A stretch of DNA of 64,000 nucleotides from Raillietiella orientalis (taxonomy: Eukaryota), in NCBI GenBank assembly GCA_036172245.1, contig JAYWIR010000023.1:496001-560000 (forward strand), given 5' to 3'. Shown in pieces: positions 26,780 to 38,872 of this stretch. Made by a program: the position numbers and the translations under genes. Under the pieces are notes generated by a model, which saw only the letters and a list, made by a program, of their open reading frames with translations, had not been told where the DNA came from and searched no databases. The stretch's first letter is position 1. Every line of letters begins with the position of its first letter.

Positions 26780-29700
26780 CTAGGCAGAAGACAACTCTTG
26801 TGATCTCTTCACACAACTATTATGCAGGAAATGATAAACGCGGGATGGAATGGTGGGAGTATCATGAATGTTAGTCACTGGTTTGTAGGCCAAATGCTCT
26901 TCAATGTACTGGCAAGGGCAGTAGCTTGTGTGCAAGTGACGCGATTTAGGCGAGACACTTCCTATGTTTTTGTGGGATTCTGTTTTCCAGGAAAGTCGAT
27001 TCCGCAAATAATCTTTAGCCCATCGCTGAGAATAGCGCAAGAGAAGTCTCCTAGCTCTATCCTAGACATGCAAGAATCATCGCGCATGCAAAACATGCAC
27101 AAATCTACCTGTTTGCGGGATATTTTTCCCATATTGGGGCCACTGATAACAATATCATGGTCTTCGATATCCATTCGCTCACGCAGTGACTTTTTATATT
27201 CTTCTCGGTTTACCAAATTGCCTTGCGATTCCTCCTTTTCTATGACTTCATGTAGCTTTTCCTGAATAAACACTAGTGTGTAACAACTTCATAATGGAAT
27301 GCTCACCAAGCATTTGGAACAGTCAAAGTAAATGAAAGTTAAGCTGACTTTATGACAGGACATGTGGCCTCTGTCATCTAATCCGATAATTATGTTATGA
27401 GTAATAAAATGCTGGTTAATTCCTGCTATGCATCGCTCCAAATTGCGACTGAGCTATTCACCAAGGATCCAGCATTAAGAGATGCTCTGTACTCACCTTC
27501 ACTTTTAGCCACATACAGAGAAATATGGTAGATGCATTAAGAACAAGCCATAATACACCACAAGCAAATAATGTCAAGCCCTTCAAACCAGAGAAAAGAA
27601 GTGCTAATAATATAGCTAAACCAATAATGATCCACATCATCAGAATGCGTTTGTAGCAAATATTGTACAGTGTAAACCGCACATCATGAATCAGCATTTC
27701 CAAGGCTTGTACATACTCCTCAATGGTTAACTAAATGCAAGAATGTATATAATCATCAGAAACACACTACCGTCAGTCCATTAGCCATAAGTTCTTCAGG
27801 AACTAAATCGGAACGGAATTCTGGTGTAGTAACCCATGGCAATTTTGTGTTAAGAGGAAGCAAAGTGACAATAATGTCTCCATTCTCTGCAAAAACAAAA
27901 ACATGTTTATTGAAAAAAAACACGGAAATCAATCGAAATATGAAGTAAATAAAAGGAAAAGAATAACATGCACACCAATAAAGAGAAAGACTTTAAACAA
28001 TTTTTCTATTCTACAATATGTGCCCTAAATATCCATATTCCATGTTACTTTAAAATGAAGGCATTCAAACTCTAAAAACATGAAGTCCTGCGATTATAAA
28101 ATTTCATCCTCAATCACATAACAAAAATGTCACTCGACATATCAGAATGCAAAAAGTCTGGGTAACTTCTGTTGGATAGTCTCATAAACTGGATAACATT
28201 TTTGGGTGGATAACTAAGGTGTGGTGACTAAACTGCTTATAGTTGACTCTTTAACAGCAACAGTCTTCAAAAAAAAAAAACAAATAAAGCAGCCTAGGAT
28301 TGGAATACGAAACTTAAAGATACATTTCAAGGTTTGTAAAAATTGAAACAAAAAATCTTAACAAGGTAATCTTAACATCAATGTAACACACTAAATACAC
28401 CAGGAGACATTCATCAATAAATACATTACAAGCCTTTTGGATGACATGGAGAGTACTTTATAAAATAATCAAATCAATAAATTAGTCACCTCCAACAGGA
28501 TTACTGAAAGTGCCTTAAAATCAAATGTCCTGGCTGCTATAAAATTCATATAAATTTAACACGAAATAAGGTGCAAATGATTTGATCCATGTTTGTCTTA
28601 GTGATCAATGAAATCGTGGTTCCTTCACAACTGGATTACTGAATACATACTGGACTTCGAAAATTTGAAATACAAGAACAAATTCTCAATTCCCCCCTTG
28701 AAGAGAGAGCAAACAGAATACAATCCAATGTTTCAGAAACACTGCTGAGAAACACTATGCTCCAATTCATTTGAATTTTCCAAAATACAGCTGCACATAT
28801 CTGGAAAAACATGCACATACTGTATCATAAGGCAGTGCAAGATGTTGCAAACCATATACTAATTTTCTGAAACTATTCTTCCACAAAATTCCATTTAGTT
28901 GAAGCCAAAAATGGTAAAAATAAATTTACACTTCAGGATAATTCATGTGAGAAGCAGAACATTTGTATCTACTAAATTTACATGTGCGATTCCAAAAAGA
29001 CATCAATTAGTCATAATAATATGCATTACATGATCCAAGGCTATAACACTGGCTCACTGCAATCACTTAGTGAAATGCTGAAGTGAGTCTAAGACCAAAA
29101 CTTTATTTGTATTAAAAATTATATGACAATTTCTTTTCATAAAATTCCTAATTTACATATAATTTTAACACTTGAAAAGCTTCTATTTGTAAAACGTTCA
29201 AATCTAATTATCTGAAAAAAAGTATCAGAATCTGAAAGCCTTCTCTTTAATAATCTTCCATAAAATGCGAAAATTCCGAAATTTCTCGACTTTAAATGAA
29301 GTTCGGAAATCTTTTTATCGGATGGATGTTTTAGATTTCCCCTTCATATTCATTTTACTTTGTTATCTAAATAAAATTGTAATCATAAGAAATGCAGAAA
29401 ACTTTTCGTTGAATCAGAAGATCATTAACTAAAATACCATAAGCAAAAAAAGCTAACTTCCTCTAAGACAGTGTCTTCAGTCTACGTTTCTTCCTTTCAT
29501 AACGTTTCCGACAGCATAACTTCTTGATTTTTCCAAAATTTAGAATCACATGTCATGTTTGATGCATTGAAATTTTCGAGGAAAATTCAATTTGGTTTTC
29601 ATTGCTAGTTTCAGGGTAATTTTATTTTCCAATTCAAAGTATTCTATTTCACTAGTTTTGAAAATAGAGACTCATCTGAGTTTATTAGATGCCTTTCGTA

Positions 29701-32320
29701 TTATTGCATCTATTGTATTGCAGTATGTTTTCAAGGTTTACTTTCATTGTCGTTTTCTTTTTTTAACCTTTATCTGACCTCTCCAATCTGAATATATTTG
29801 TTTTTAAAAAGACTTTCTCTTTAAACCATTACCAGAAACATTTTTTTACCCCGAAGATGATCTCACAATATTTAACATAATCATATTTTTCTCTTATCAA
29901 TCATCATGATGCTTGACTTTTTGAAATGATGAGTGGCCACAACTTTCTCTCAGTTCACTTTGTTCTGAATATGCAAAAGCAAGATGTATTGCAATTTTGT
30001 TACAAAAATCTTATTGTATGTCATATTTTGATTACTGTCAGGAGAATGGTGCAACTACTTGGTTTCTATAATTATGCTAGTTTCTATCTGTTTTTTTTGT
30101 TCTTAATTCTGTTCCTTATTTTGACATTCTGTTATTCTGCTGTTTGATATTCTGTGTTGACTATACATACTTTTTTGTTAACTTTTAGGATTTTATTAAC
30201 AGCATCGCATGCATGATGATTCTCCAACAATTTACTAAGCAATGAACTCCCAAAGGCGGTTTCATAAACATTTAGTTCTCAAATATACCAAGCCAATTCA
30301 TAAATGTTTGCATGATCTCACTGTCACATTTGTTTTTTTCTACAGATTTTTTTTTGCTGAGATGCGTTTTTAATAGTATTCTGCTGCAAGAATCTTATCA
30401 AAATTTTTTGAACAACCTAGACATATCACTCAAATAAATTTTACTTCTGAAGTTATCATGTAAACTTTTTTGGACTGCAACAATTTTAACAACCAGAATT
30501 TGCCTTCATCTTTTTACTGCTTGAGAACAATTGATACGAGTAGGGGTTAAAATCTTTTGACAACATTCCACTGTGTTAATTTTTGTAAATATCACTGATA
30601 TATTCACCAAAGGCTGTCTGATGTCCTAAACTTCTTCTAGAAACGTTCATTTTTTCACGATTCTTTGAGGATTCATTCAACTGTTCATTTAGAGGAACAG
30701 TCTTCAGATCTTTCAAAGCCACAATCTAAAAATGAGATGTAAGTTTACAAGATATAACAAACGTAAAGAAATTTGAATACATAATTACTGATGCAAATGT
30801 TCTGCAAAGTTAAAAGCATCAAACCTTCCTTGAATGTATTATTTTCTATTGAATAAACATTTCAAAATAGACATATTTACTTTAAACAATTAAACTTATT
30901 ACAATGCTTTGATGAATTAATTATTAAATTATTATTAAAATAAACCAATCTGTTTATGAGCATTTTTTCATATTAGCGTGCATTGTGTTTTTGCTAGCAA
31001 GGTCAAACGATTTGGCTCGTTATGCATTAAAAAATTTCCCACTGTCCTTCAATGGGATTTGGAACAAATGAGTAAATTTTTCCCCTCCTGGTCACAACAT
31101 ACATATAACCCTTCTACATTAGTCTTTGACAAAAGGATCGCTTTAGTCTCTGTGCATAACATGAACACTGTTTTCATCTCTGTTCATTTCTTGAACACTG
31201 ATTTCACTTGTTTATAGAATCCAAAACTTAAAGCCAAAGCTACTTTACTCCTTACTTTATGTCTCATTGTAAAGTAGAAGTTGAGCATAAATTTATTATT
31301 CCATAATTTTTGAATGAATGCAGCAATGTCTAGTAGAATTCCCTTATTTCATTGCATAACTATGATATATATTTCAAGACCAAAATGAAAAGCTAAGATA
31401 CATAATTTTTATTTATTGTGCCTTTAAAGTAAACCAGTTGCTTTCTCTATGCAATTAGAATCTTTTTCCATGAAATAAATTAGAAAAAAAACTACTCAAC
31501 ATGAATTCGTTATCCATTCTCTATTTGTAAAGAATTAAAAAGAAATCCTAGATCTGCTGGAAGCATCAATAATAATCCGTATATTTAGTTCCTAGAAACA
31601 GACACTAAATATAAAATTATAAATGCGATCATTATAATCATTTTCTAAATAAACGTTGCAACACATTCTGTGTGGTACCTAAAACAGTGACTTGTTTCTT
31701 AAATTTAATATAATGTATCAAAAATTTAGTGAAAACTTACATTCTATAAAAGTTATACATGTTTTTTATAATCCTAGTTGAAAATAGTCAAATTCACATT
31801 CAGGAAGCGCAGAATCAGTCACTTCACCTTCATTCATTCAAGACGCTATACATTATTGAAAGAGAAACCATGTATTTTCATCCTTATGCCATATGCAACA
31901 CTCAATAAATTAAAAATTCAGCAAGGAAGAAAGGAGATGCAGAGCCACATTCTATCCAAAAATATATTAATGCAAATGCACAAACAAAGCATTCCCAAAT
32001 CAATGAATTGATATGACTGGATTACACCTGCAATCTCATTATAGTGCTTAGATGCTATGATAACAATTGCTGAGCAAAGGTGATACCTGATGCATATTTA
32101 CTCTGCTGTCTATTTTCTTTGGCAAGTCTTGAGCATTTGCTGAATCTGGCAACTGCTGATTGTTGAAGGTAAGTTGAATGGATTCAGTTTCCAATATAGG
32201 TGGTGCATCCTGGGCTATTGCATTGGAGCCATTTTTGTGGTCCTCATCAAACTTAACCCAGTTCTTTGGCTCTCTTTCTTCATTAGATTCAATTGCATCT
32301 ATTTTATCCTCCTCAGCCAT
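26780..32320 (-). CDS. TMEM268: Transmembrane protein 268-like (isoform using terminal exon A)
   Basis: Minus-strand exons: 32320-32087, 30725-30608, 27886-27771, 27730-27497, 27453-27307, 27261-27109, 27061-26780; all GT-AG and phase-consistent. The protein has NGDIIVTLL, two hydrophobic TM segments, FIYFDCSKC and C-terminal RH...CPCQYIEEHL, matching the recalled TMEM268 (C9orf91) pattern NGQVLTVL/VYFDLENC/CPCQLIE. Confidence 0.85.
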
Positions 32321-33097
32321 AGTCTATAAAAACAAATACCATAATTGGAGTAATACATTATATGAAATACATAAATGAAATCTTTAAACAGCAAATGAAT
32401 TATGGAGAATGAAACAAATGATAATCTTCATAACATGAAATGCGTTTATAGATCAGCAGTATTATTTTTCATGATGAAAACCAGAATACAAATTTTGCTG
32501 ACAGAAGTCTACACTACATTTTTCTTAAAATGATCTGTTTTTCATATTAATTACCTAGTGTTCAAATCTATGGAATACTTTTATTTCATGTGCATCTTGG
32601 CATTTGTTAACAACACAAAAAAGCAATTCACCATCACGAGTCCATGTGAATCACTGCTTAGGAAAAAACAAAAATTACTTCTACTATCTAATGCAGAAGA
32701 TAGAATAAAGTCGTAATTACCTATTTTGGAGAAAAAGTCATAATTAGCATGCAAAGATATTACAATTCATTTATCAATAGATTTGATTCATTTATCAGCA
32801 CCAGAATCATTCAAAAAGGCTCAAACATATCACATAGATGCATTAGAATGTTGAAAAATTCTAGTGCACTTATGATATCCTCATTGATGATTTTAAAGAC
32901 ATCTCTATGAAGTAAAACTGGAAACACATGGGAGGTATATCAGGACAGTCCTTTCCTCCCTTATGGGCAATAAAGTAAAGCTTTTGCTTCACTAATGAAA
33001 CATTAAAATGGAAATGGAAATGGGTTTCCATGCAAATTTGCTCTGCTGCAACAGACTCTTTGTACTTATCTACTAGGCAAGTTACCGAAAAACGAAC

Positions 33098-33103
33098 TTT
33101 ATT
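33098..33103 (-). promoter_or_regulatory. Candidate polyadenylation signal of DENND1
   Basis: AATAAA about 50 nt after the stop on the minus strand, followed by GT/T-rich sequence. Confidence 0.4.
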
Positions 33104-33150
33104 GCATAAAATATATAATAAGATATTAAATGGAAAAATATCACAAAATC

Positions 33151-36100
33151 TCATTCGAATTTAGTCCACTTGCTCTGTACAGTAGTAACTAATGGTTGGG
33201 AAACAGGAAGCCCTTGTGGTTCATTATCAGATGATGCAGACAATCTGTGGAAATGTGGCTTGTTTTCCAAAAAAAGTCCATCATCTGAAGTGAGGAAATC
33301 CATGCTATGCCTTTTATCAGCCTTTAATTTTTCAGAAAACTGTGTGGTATGTGTGGCATACAAAGGATTGCATTGTACCGTTTTGTCAGTAAGTGGGTCT
33401 AAGAGACTTAGTGAAGACAGGTTCACATCTAACTGAATGAGGTCCTTTCCATCATTCTACAAAGATGAACAATTAAAAGATCGTTAAAACACAATCACAA
33501 ATCCTCAACCTCAGAGGATGATGATAAGTCAACATCGCTTGTTCTAACTGGAGATGAAGAGAAAACATCACTGGTGCTTTTAGACTGCCTAAGGGTTCCA
33601 TTTTGCACAGAAGAATCTAGGGTACATTTGCAGGCTTCAGTTGAAATTGATTCTTCAGAAAAACTTGGAAGAATATGGAATTTGTCTGAGTAACGACATT
33701 CTTCTTGTGATGCAGGAGAATTCAGCAAGATCCTAGAAATAGCATCGACAAATAAATACAAACACAAACAAAACAAAACCCAAAAGCAAAGAATCAAACC
33801 TAGCACTAGGTTTCTTATATGACTGAACAGCAAATACACTACGGATCCCAAATCCAGGCAATGTTACCAGATGACGTTTGTACTGAGGAGAAGGGGGAGC
33901 AGAAGAGCTCTTTTTATGGTGTTCTTCCTCTTTGGAGTTATGTAATTCACGAATACGAGAGCACAAACGCTGACTGTGAGCCTTGACATTTTTTCCTGTC
34001 TGCTTTACAGATTTGACAACAGTACGCACTGCAGGGTTGGTACGGTTTCTGACAGATTTCAGCCACTCTTTAGGCACTGATTCTAGCCACTCACGATACT
34101 GTGATAGACTAGAGGCATCTCGATCTGAATACATGCACACTTCCATCTCAAATTCATCTGAAAATCCTTGTCCACTGTTGAGCATAGCTAAACGTTCTTC
34201 TATAAACTGTTGAAAAATCTGTAGCTGCAGCATTTTTTGCAAGAAAGGCTGCATGGCTGTAGGTCTGCTATGTACAAAAGCTTCAGGTGAGAAACTGATT
34301 TTTTCGCCTTGCTTAAAGCGAAGGGCATCTCTGTAGCCACCAATTAACTGCACAAGAGCACGCAAAAACGAACGTGCTACACCATCACCAAGCATAGACT
34401 GGGGATTTTGCAATCTTTTCCGTAGTGCAGATACAACTTCAATTGGAAGACTATCTAAGTCTGAAAAAGGAGTCATCACTTTGTTGGAATCTGCATCCAG
34501 AATAACAACATCGCCTAGATCTTCTAGAGAAATCCTCTAAGCAAGTTTAATGCATCCATTTTGTGTCACCCCAACGCACCTCAAGCAATTGTGTAGGAAC
34601 TCCAATAAGAAAAGGCATTGGTGCTGCTAAGTAATCCAATACATGTTTGGGAAGAACAGGAATAAAAATATGTTGCCAGATCATCGGAGTGAGCAAAGAA
34701 TTTGCAGCTTGCACGCAAGCACTGAGTCTGGATAATCGGGATGATTTTATAATAATTCTACGCTCATACAACATTGATGCAAACAAGATCATCATGTTGT
34801 GAGCATTAATGGCATTGAAATATTCAGCTAGATTTCGCTGAAAACAACAAAAACTACACTGAGAAAACAGTGGACTCTTACATTTTCTGGGATGGAGGGG
34901 AGTTTATTGATATCTGGGATCTGACAAATGAACTCCTGTAAGCAGATCCTGATGACTATAAAATTCACAGTCAGCAGTTACAAGCTCACTTGTTTTCCTT
35001 GATGATACTTGTAAGAAAGTTTTGTTCCAGGACTAGGAACCTCTGAGTTATACAGCAAATCCAGAAGTGCATCAAAGTCTGTTAAATCTTTCATCTGCAT
35101 AGTTTCAGCTAGGGCATTAAGAGCTTTGTAAAAGACTTCATGCCAAGGTAAGCAACTTAAAATAACCAAAGCTGTTTCACCAACAGCTGTATGACGACAG
35201 AATCCAAATCTCCATGTTGAATCAGAATTGGTCAAAACAAAACTGAAGTTCATGACCGCATTGCTTAAAAGAAATTGCCAGTCAATATTTTACATGTTTT
35301 TACATCGGCTTTCATTACTCATTCGGAGTACGCAGCATGATTCCAATATAAATATTCATTTTCATCGAACCTTTTATTGTGAAAAAATCACCCAAGATAA
35401 AGAATATTTGGCCATAAAAAAATGAAAAATTGCCAACAAATAATAGTTCCTTAAGCAATTAACTCGCTATTTAATCACTCTGGGTATATTTGAAATGTTA
35501 AAACAATAGCAATTTCTGTTTACATAGATGCAAATGAAATGTTATGTATTACCACGTGAATTTACAAGGAAATGTAAATGAAGGAACTGATTTGAGGATT
35601 TCTTTATCCATGTAAGTGTGAGGAAACTTCTGCACTATCCATGGATTTTTTTCTGGGCTTTCTGGAGCAACAATTTCACAGAAACATTCCATCATCTTTT
35701 TGGGGTTTTTCCTAAAATAAACAGTAAAATGAAATGCAATAAATTTCATAAACATAATAAAAACCAACAAACAAAATGACTAAACTCCAAGCTACAGATA
35801 CCACAAAATCAGTGAAGTACTTCTACTTAAAAAAATAATTCCAAATTAACAAATTTCCAAATTCTAATGCAGATGGTGCAATGTTTAATTAACCAACTTA
35901 TTATTAAGCATGCTTGACTTTGATATGAGCCAAATAAAGTACTGATTGATTAATAAATAAGAAAGCATGCACTATAAACTGCAATTGAGTCATGCGTTTT
36001 TCTCCAAACCTGTGAAAAGGTTGTTAGCTAGTCTTTTTGTATGAAAGTTATCTTTTCTTGGATTAAATTATTGATTTCTTAGCATGATTATTCTATTATT

Positions 36101-36939
36101 GCAACTGCAATGACTGCAATAATAGAATATTTGTGATTAGCATTTCACATACATGTATTAAAAATCAGTTTTTCCAAAATGCACAAAAATTGGCATTTAT
36201 GTAAATTAATTTTTTTTTATTATCAATTTCTAGTTTACTCATAATTTTACTTTTAAAGAAATGATCTTAGAAAATACTTGAAAATTTATGGATGTAAACA
36301 GTTATGTAATTTTCTTGCTTAGTGATTCTCTTTCCATGAAAGCCATGTGCATATTTTAGAAAATCTCACACTCAACAGCTTGAAATTTTTAATTTATAAT
36401 AATCAAATTATATTTCCACAAGTAAGATTTGGAATCAACCAAGGCTCAAACTTTGGTGTTTGCATCAAAGTTTTTAGATTATTGAAGTTTACACAAACAA
36501 AAAATTATTACCCTCTGACCAATATATGTTATCAAAGTTAATTGTAGTTTGATGATGCTCTAATTTAACAATGATGGCATCTTGTTCATCTTAATAAGTT
36601 CGAATAAAATCGCATTATTGTCAATAAAGTTTCAGTAAAAACATGAATTTACACTCAAATTCAAATTCTTATTTTGTATTCTTAAACATACACAATACTT
36701 GTTTCCATGTATCATCAATACTGTCCAAGAAATCTGTACTTTCTAAAAGACTATTTTTATTATTTTTCATAAAATATTCAGATCAAAATGACTTGGAATC
36801 TTACAACCATGAAGATTACAAAAGGTAACGAGTTTTACTAGTCCAATCAGTATAAAATTAACCCAACGTAACTTGCATAAATGTGCCACATTCGTTTCAG
36901 TATAAGGAACGTTTACCTAATTCTTGATCCCAGAGTCAT
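33151..36939 (-). CDS. DENND1A: DENN domain-containing protein 1 (connecdenn, Rab35 GEF)
   Basis: Minus-strand exons: 36939-36917, 35711-35553, 35263-34990, 34935-34882, 34837-34580, 34536-33868, 33822-33800, 33732-33510, 33456-33151 (the last three junctions are less certain). N-terminus MTLGSRIRKNP, DENN motifs FSFVLT..RFGFCR, LSCLPW, ERRII..SRLS..WQHIFIPVLP..APMPFLIG, LGDGVARSFL, FQQFIEERL; C-terminal WTKFE* like connecdenn WETFE. The A/B/C paralogue label is not resolvable. Confidence 0.92.
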
Positions 36940-38872
36940 TATTTCTGAATATTTACTACAGCATATCAGCGCATATTCAAATTTTGAATTTTTTCAATTC
37001 TCATTCCACTCCTTCAAGGAATTTTGTCAACATAATTGCTTGAACATGGCAGGCAATATCCTCATCCTGGTAGTAACTTCGACCTTTTCTCTTAACCTGA
37101 AATTCAGATAAGAGTGATGCAACCGTCGTACTTTAAAACCATGCAAAATACATATGCAAACAGTCTCATGAATTTCGAAGGCTTTTCTAGAGTCACCTAC
37201 TCATAACAGTGAAATTTCTTCTTTTGATTAAATCTCGTGCCGAATAAAGAGGCTTGTAAGCTCACAAAAAGCAAAATACACTCTTTGAGACAGGCGACCT
37301 TTACAGCTGTAGTTCACTTGTGCTCACCAAATCGCACTTGTGCTTCACAAAAAACTGATGGGTACAGCGGCGGTTATCACGTAGGCCTTCAAGGAACCGA
37401 TAGCAAATACCGCATGATGTTATCTAAGGAGAAATCGTTGATTTTGATCAGTCATTCTAATCATGTTGCTGATTTGCATAACTTTGCTATAAAAAATCAC
37501 AGTCACCAGTCACAATCAAGATCTTCACAGGAGCACCGTCAGAAGAAATTACACAAGTAGACATACCTTTCTTTAAGAATTTCGTTTTACAATCCCAGAG
37601 CTCCTGAGAGTTCAGAAAATATAGTTTATTGTAGTACACATGCTGTCGTAGCATGGAGAGAATCCAAAACAAAATTCAAATACATTCATGACAGAAGGAA
37701 AAGGAATCAAAAATTCACTGAACAGTTACATCTGAATAATGGTTAAAATAACCTTTCTAAAGAAAATAAGAATTTATAAATTATTTAACGAAGCAGTGTA
37801 TCCATAAAGGCCATTGTTTTCACGTATAGACTTTTCTATAATTCTAGGTGTCATTAGCTTCCCTTCAAGTATAAATTAAATGCTAAGTTCCTGGAAGAGT
37901 TCATTATTTTTTTAAACGTCTTCACACTAGTTCGACGAAAGCGATTACATACCTTTTCTTAGAGGTTTGAAGCAATATGCACATCTATCCTGATTTTTCT
38001 CGATCCCTATATCTATAGGAAATAATCTATCCTATAAGTCAACTTATGCTACATTTCCTACAGAAAAATATTTTTCTTGTATGTCATCGATGTTACGTGT
38101 ACTGCATTTTGCAGAATGTTTTCATTTCATGAATTCGTAGCTCAACACCTTTAAGGTGTTTTGAAGAGATTAACGTTACATTCCTCAATTCGTATTTCTA
38201 GATTTTTTTACTGAAATACATATAGATCGGTAAACTTCAATAAAAACTGACATGGTTTATGTACATGAATCAAATATTTTTTTTATGATTGTACTTCCTT
38301 TTTGAATCTGATTATTGTTTATATGAGATGCTTCCAGAATCTGAAGTCTTTCAGTGTTAAGGAGAGTTTATGGTAATAACGGAAGCAAGATAAAGAAAAA
38401 ATTATTTTACAAAAATCTTGCATTATAGAACAGTATTGCTGAATCCTGGAAGTAATAAAAACTAAATGACGAACATTATGCAATCCAGAATTCATAATAA
38501 GACTATAAAGTGACCCCAGTAAAAAACGAGAGAAATTCTAAGATAAAATAAATTGAAATAAATCGGGATAATTTGTCATTAAAAATGTTTTAAATCAATT
38601 AATAAATGAAATATGGCCAAGAACAATAACCCTGCTCCCTGGTTTGATACAGAGGATTCAATGCTATAGTTTCTGGTTTCAACGTAATGTATCATGGTAA
38701 GACTGAAAACTTCGTATGGAATGCTATACCGATCTGTTTATGTTGTGAATTTCTTGCACATCAAGGATGGCATTCGAAAGTAGACGGTGGTTACTTCTAG
38801 ATTGTATTAATGGCTTGGGTTGGAGAGTTATGCTGCCTTTGTAGTGCTTAGGTATAATTTAACTTTGGAGAT

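Noticed and set aside
30201..30366. ATGATGA...CTGA with a short terminal stem (C/D snoRNA-like)
   Set aside because: Antisense to the host gene, about 150 nt of AT-rich sequence, and no recognisable rRNA guide; likely chance.
37000..37200. Possible small coding gene upstream of DENND1 (VKRKGRSYYQDED..)
   Set aside because: Short, no start/exon chain and no recognisable homology; more likely 5' UTR.
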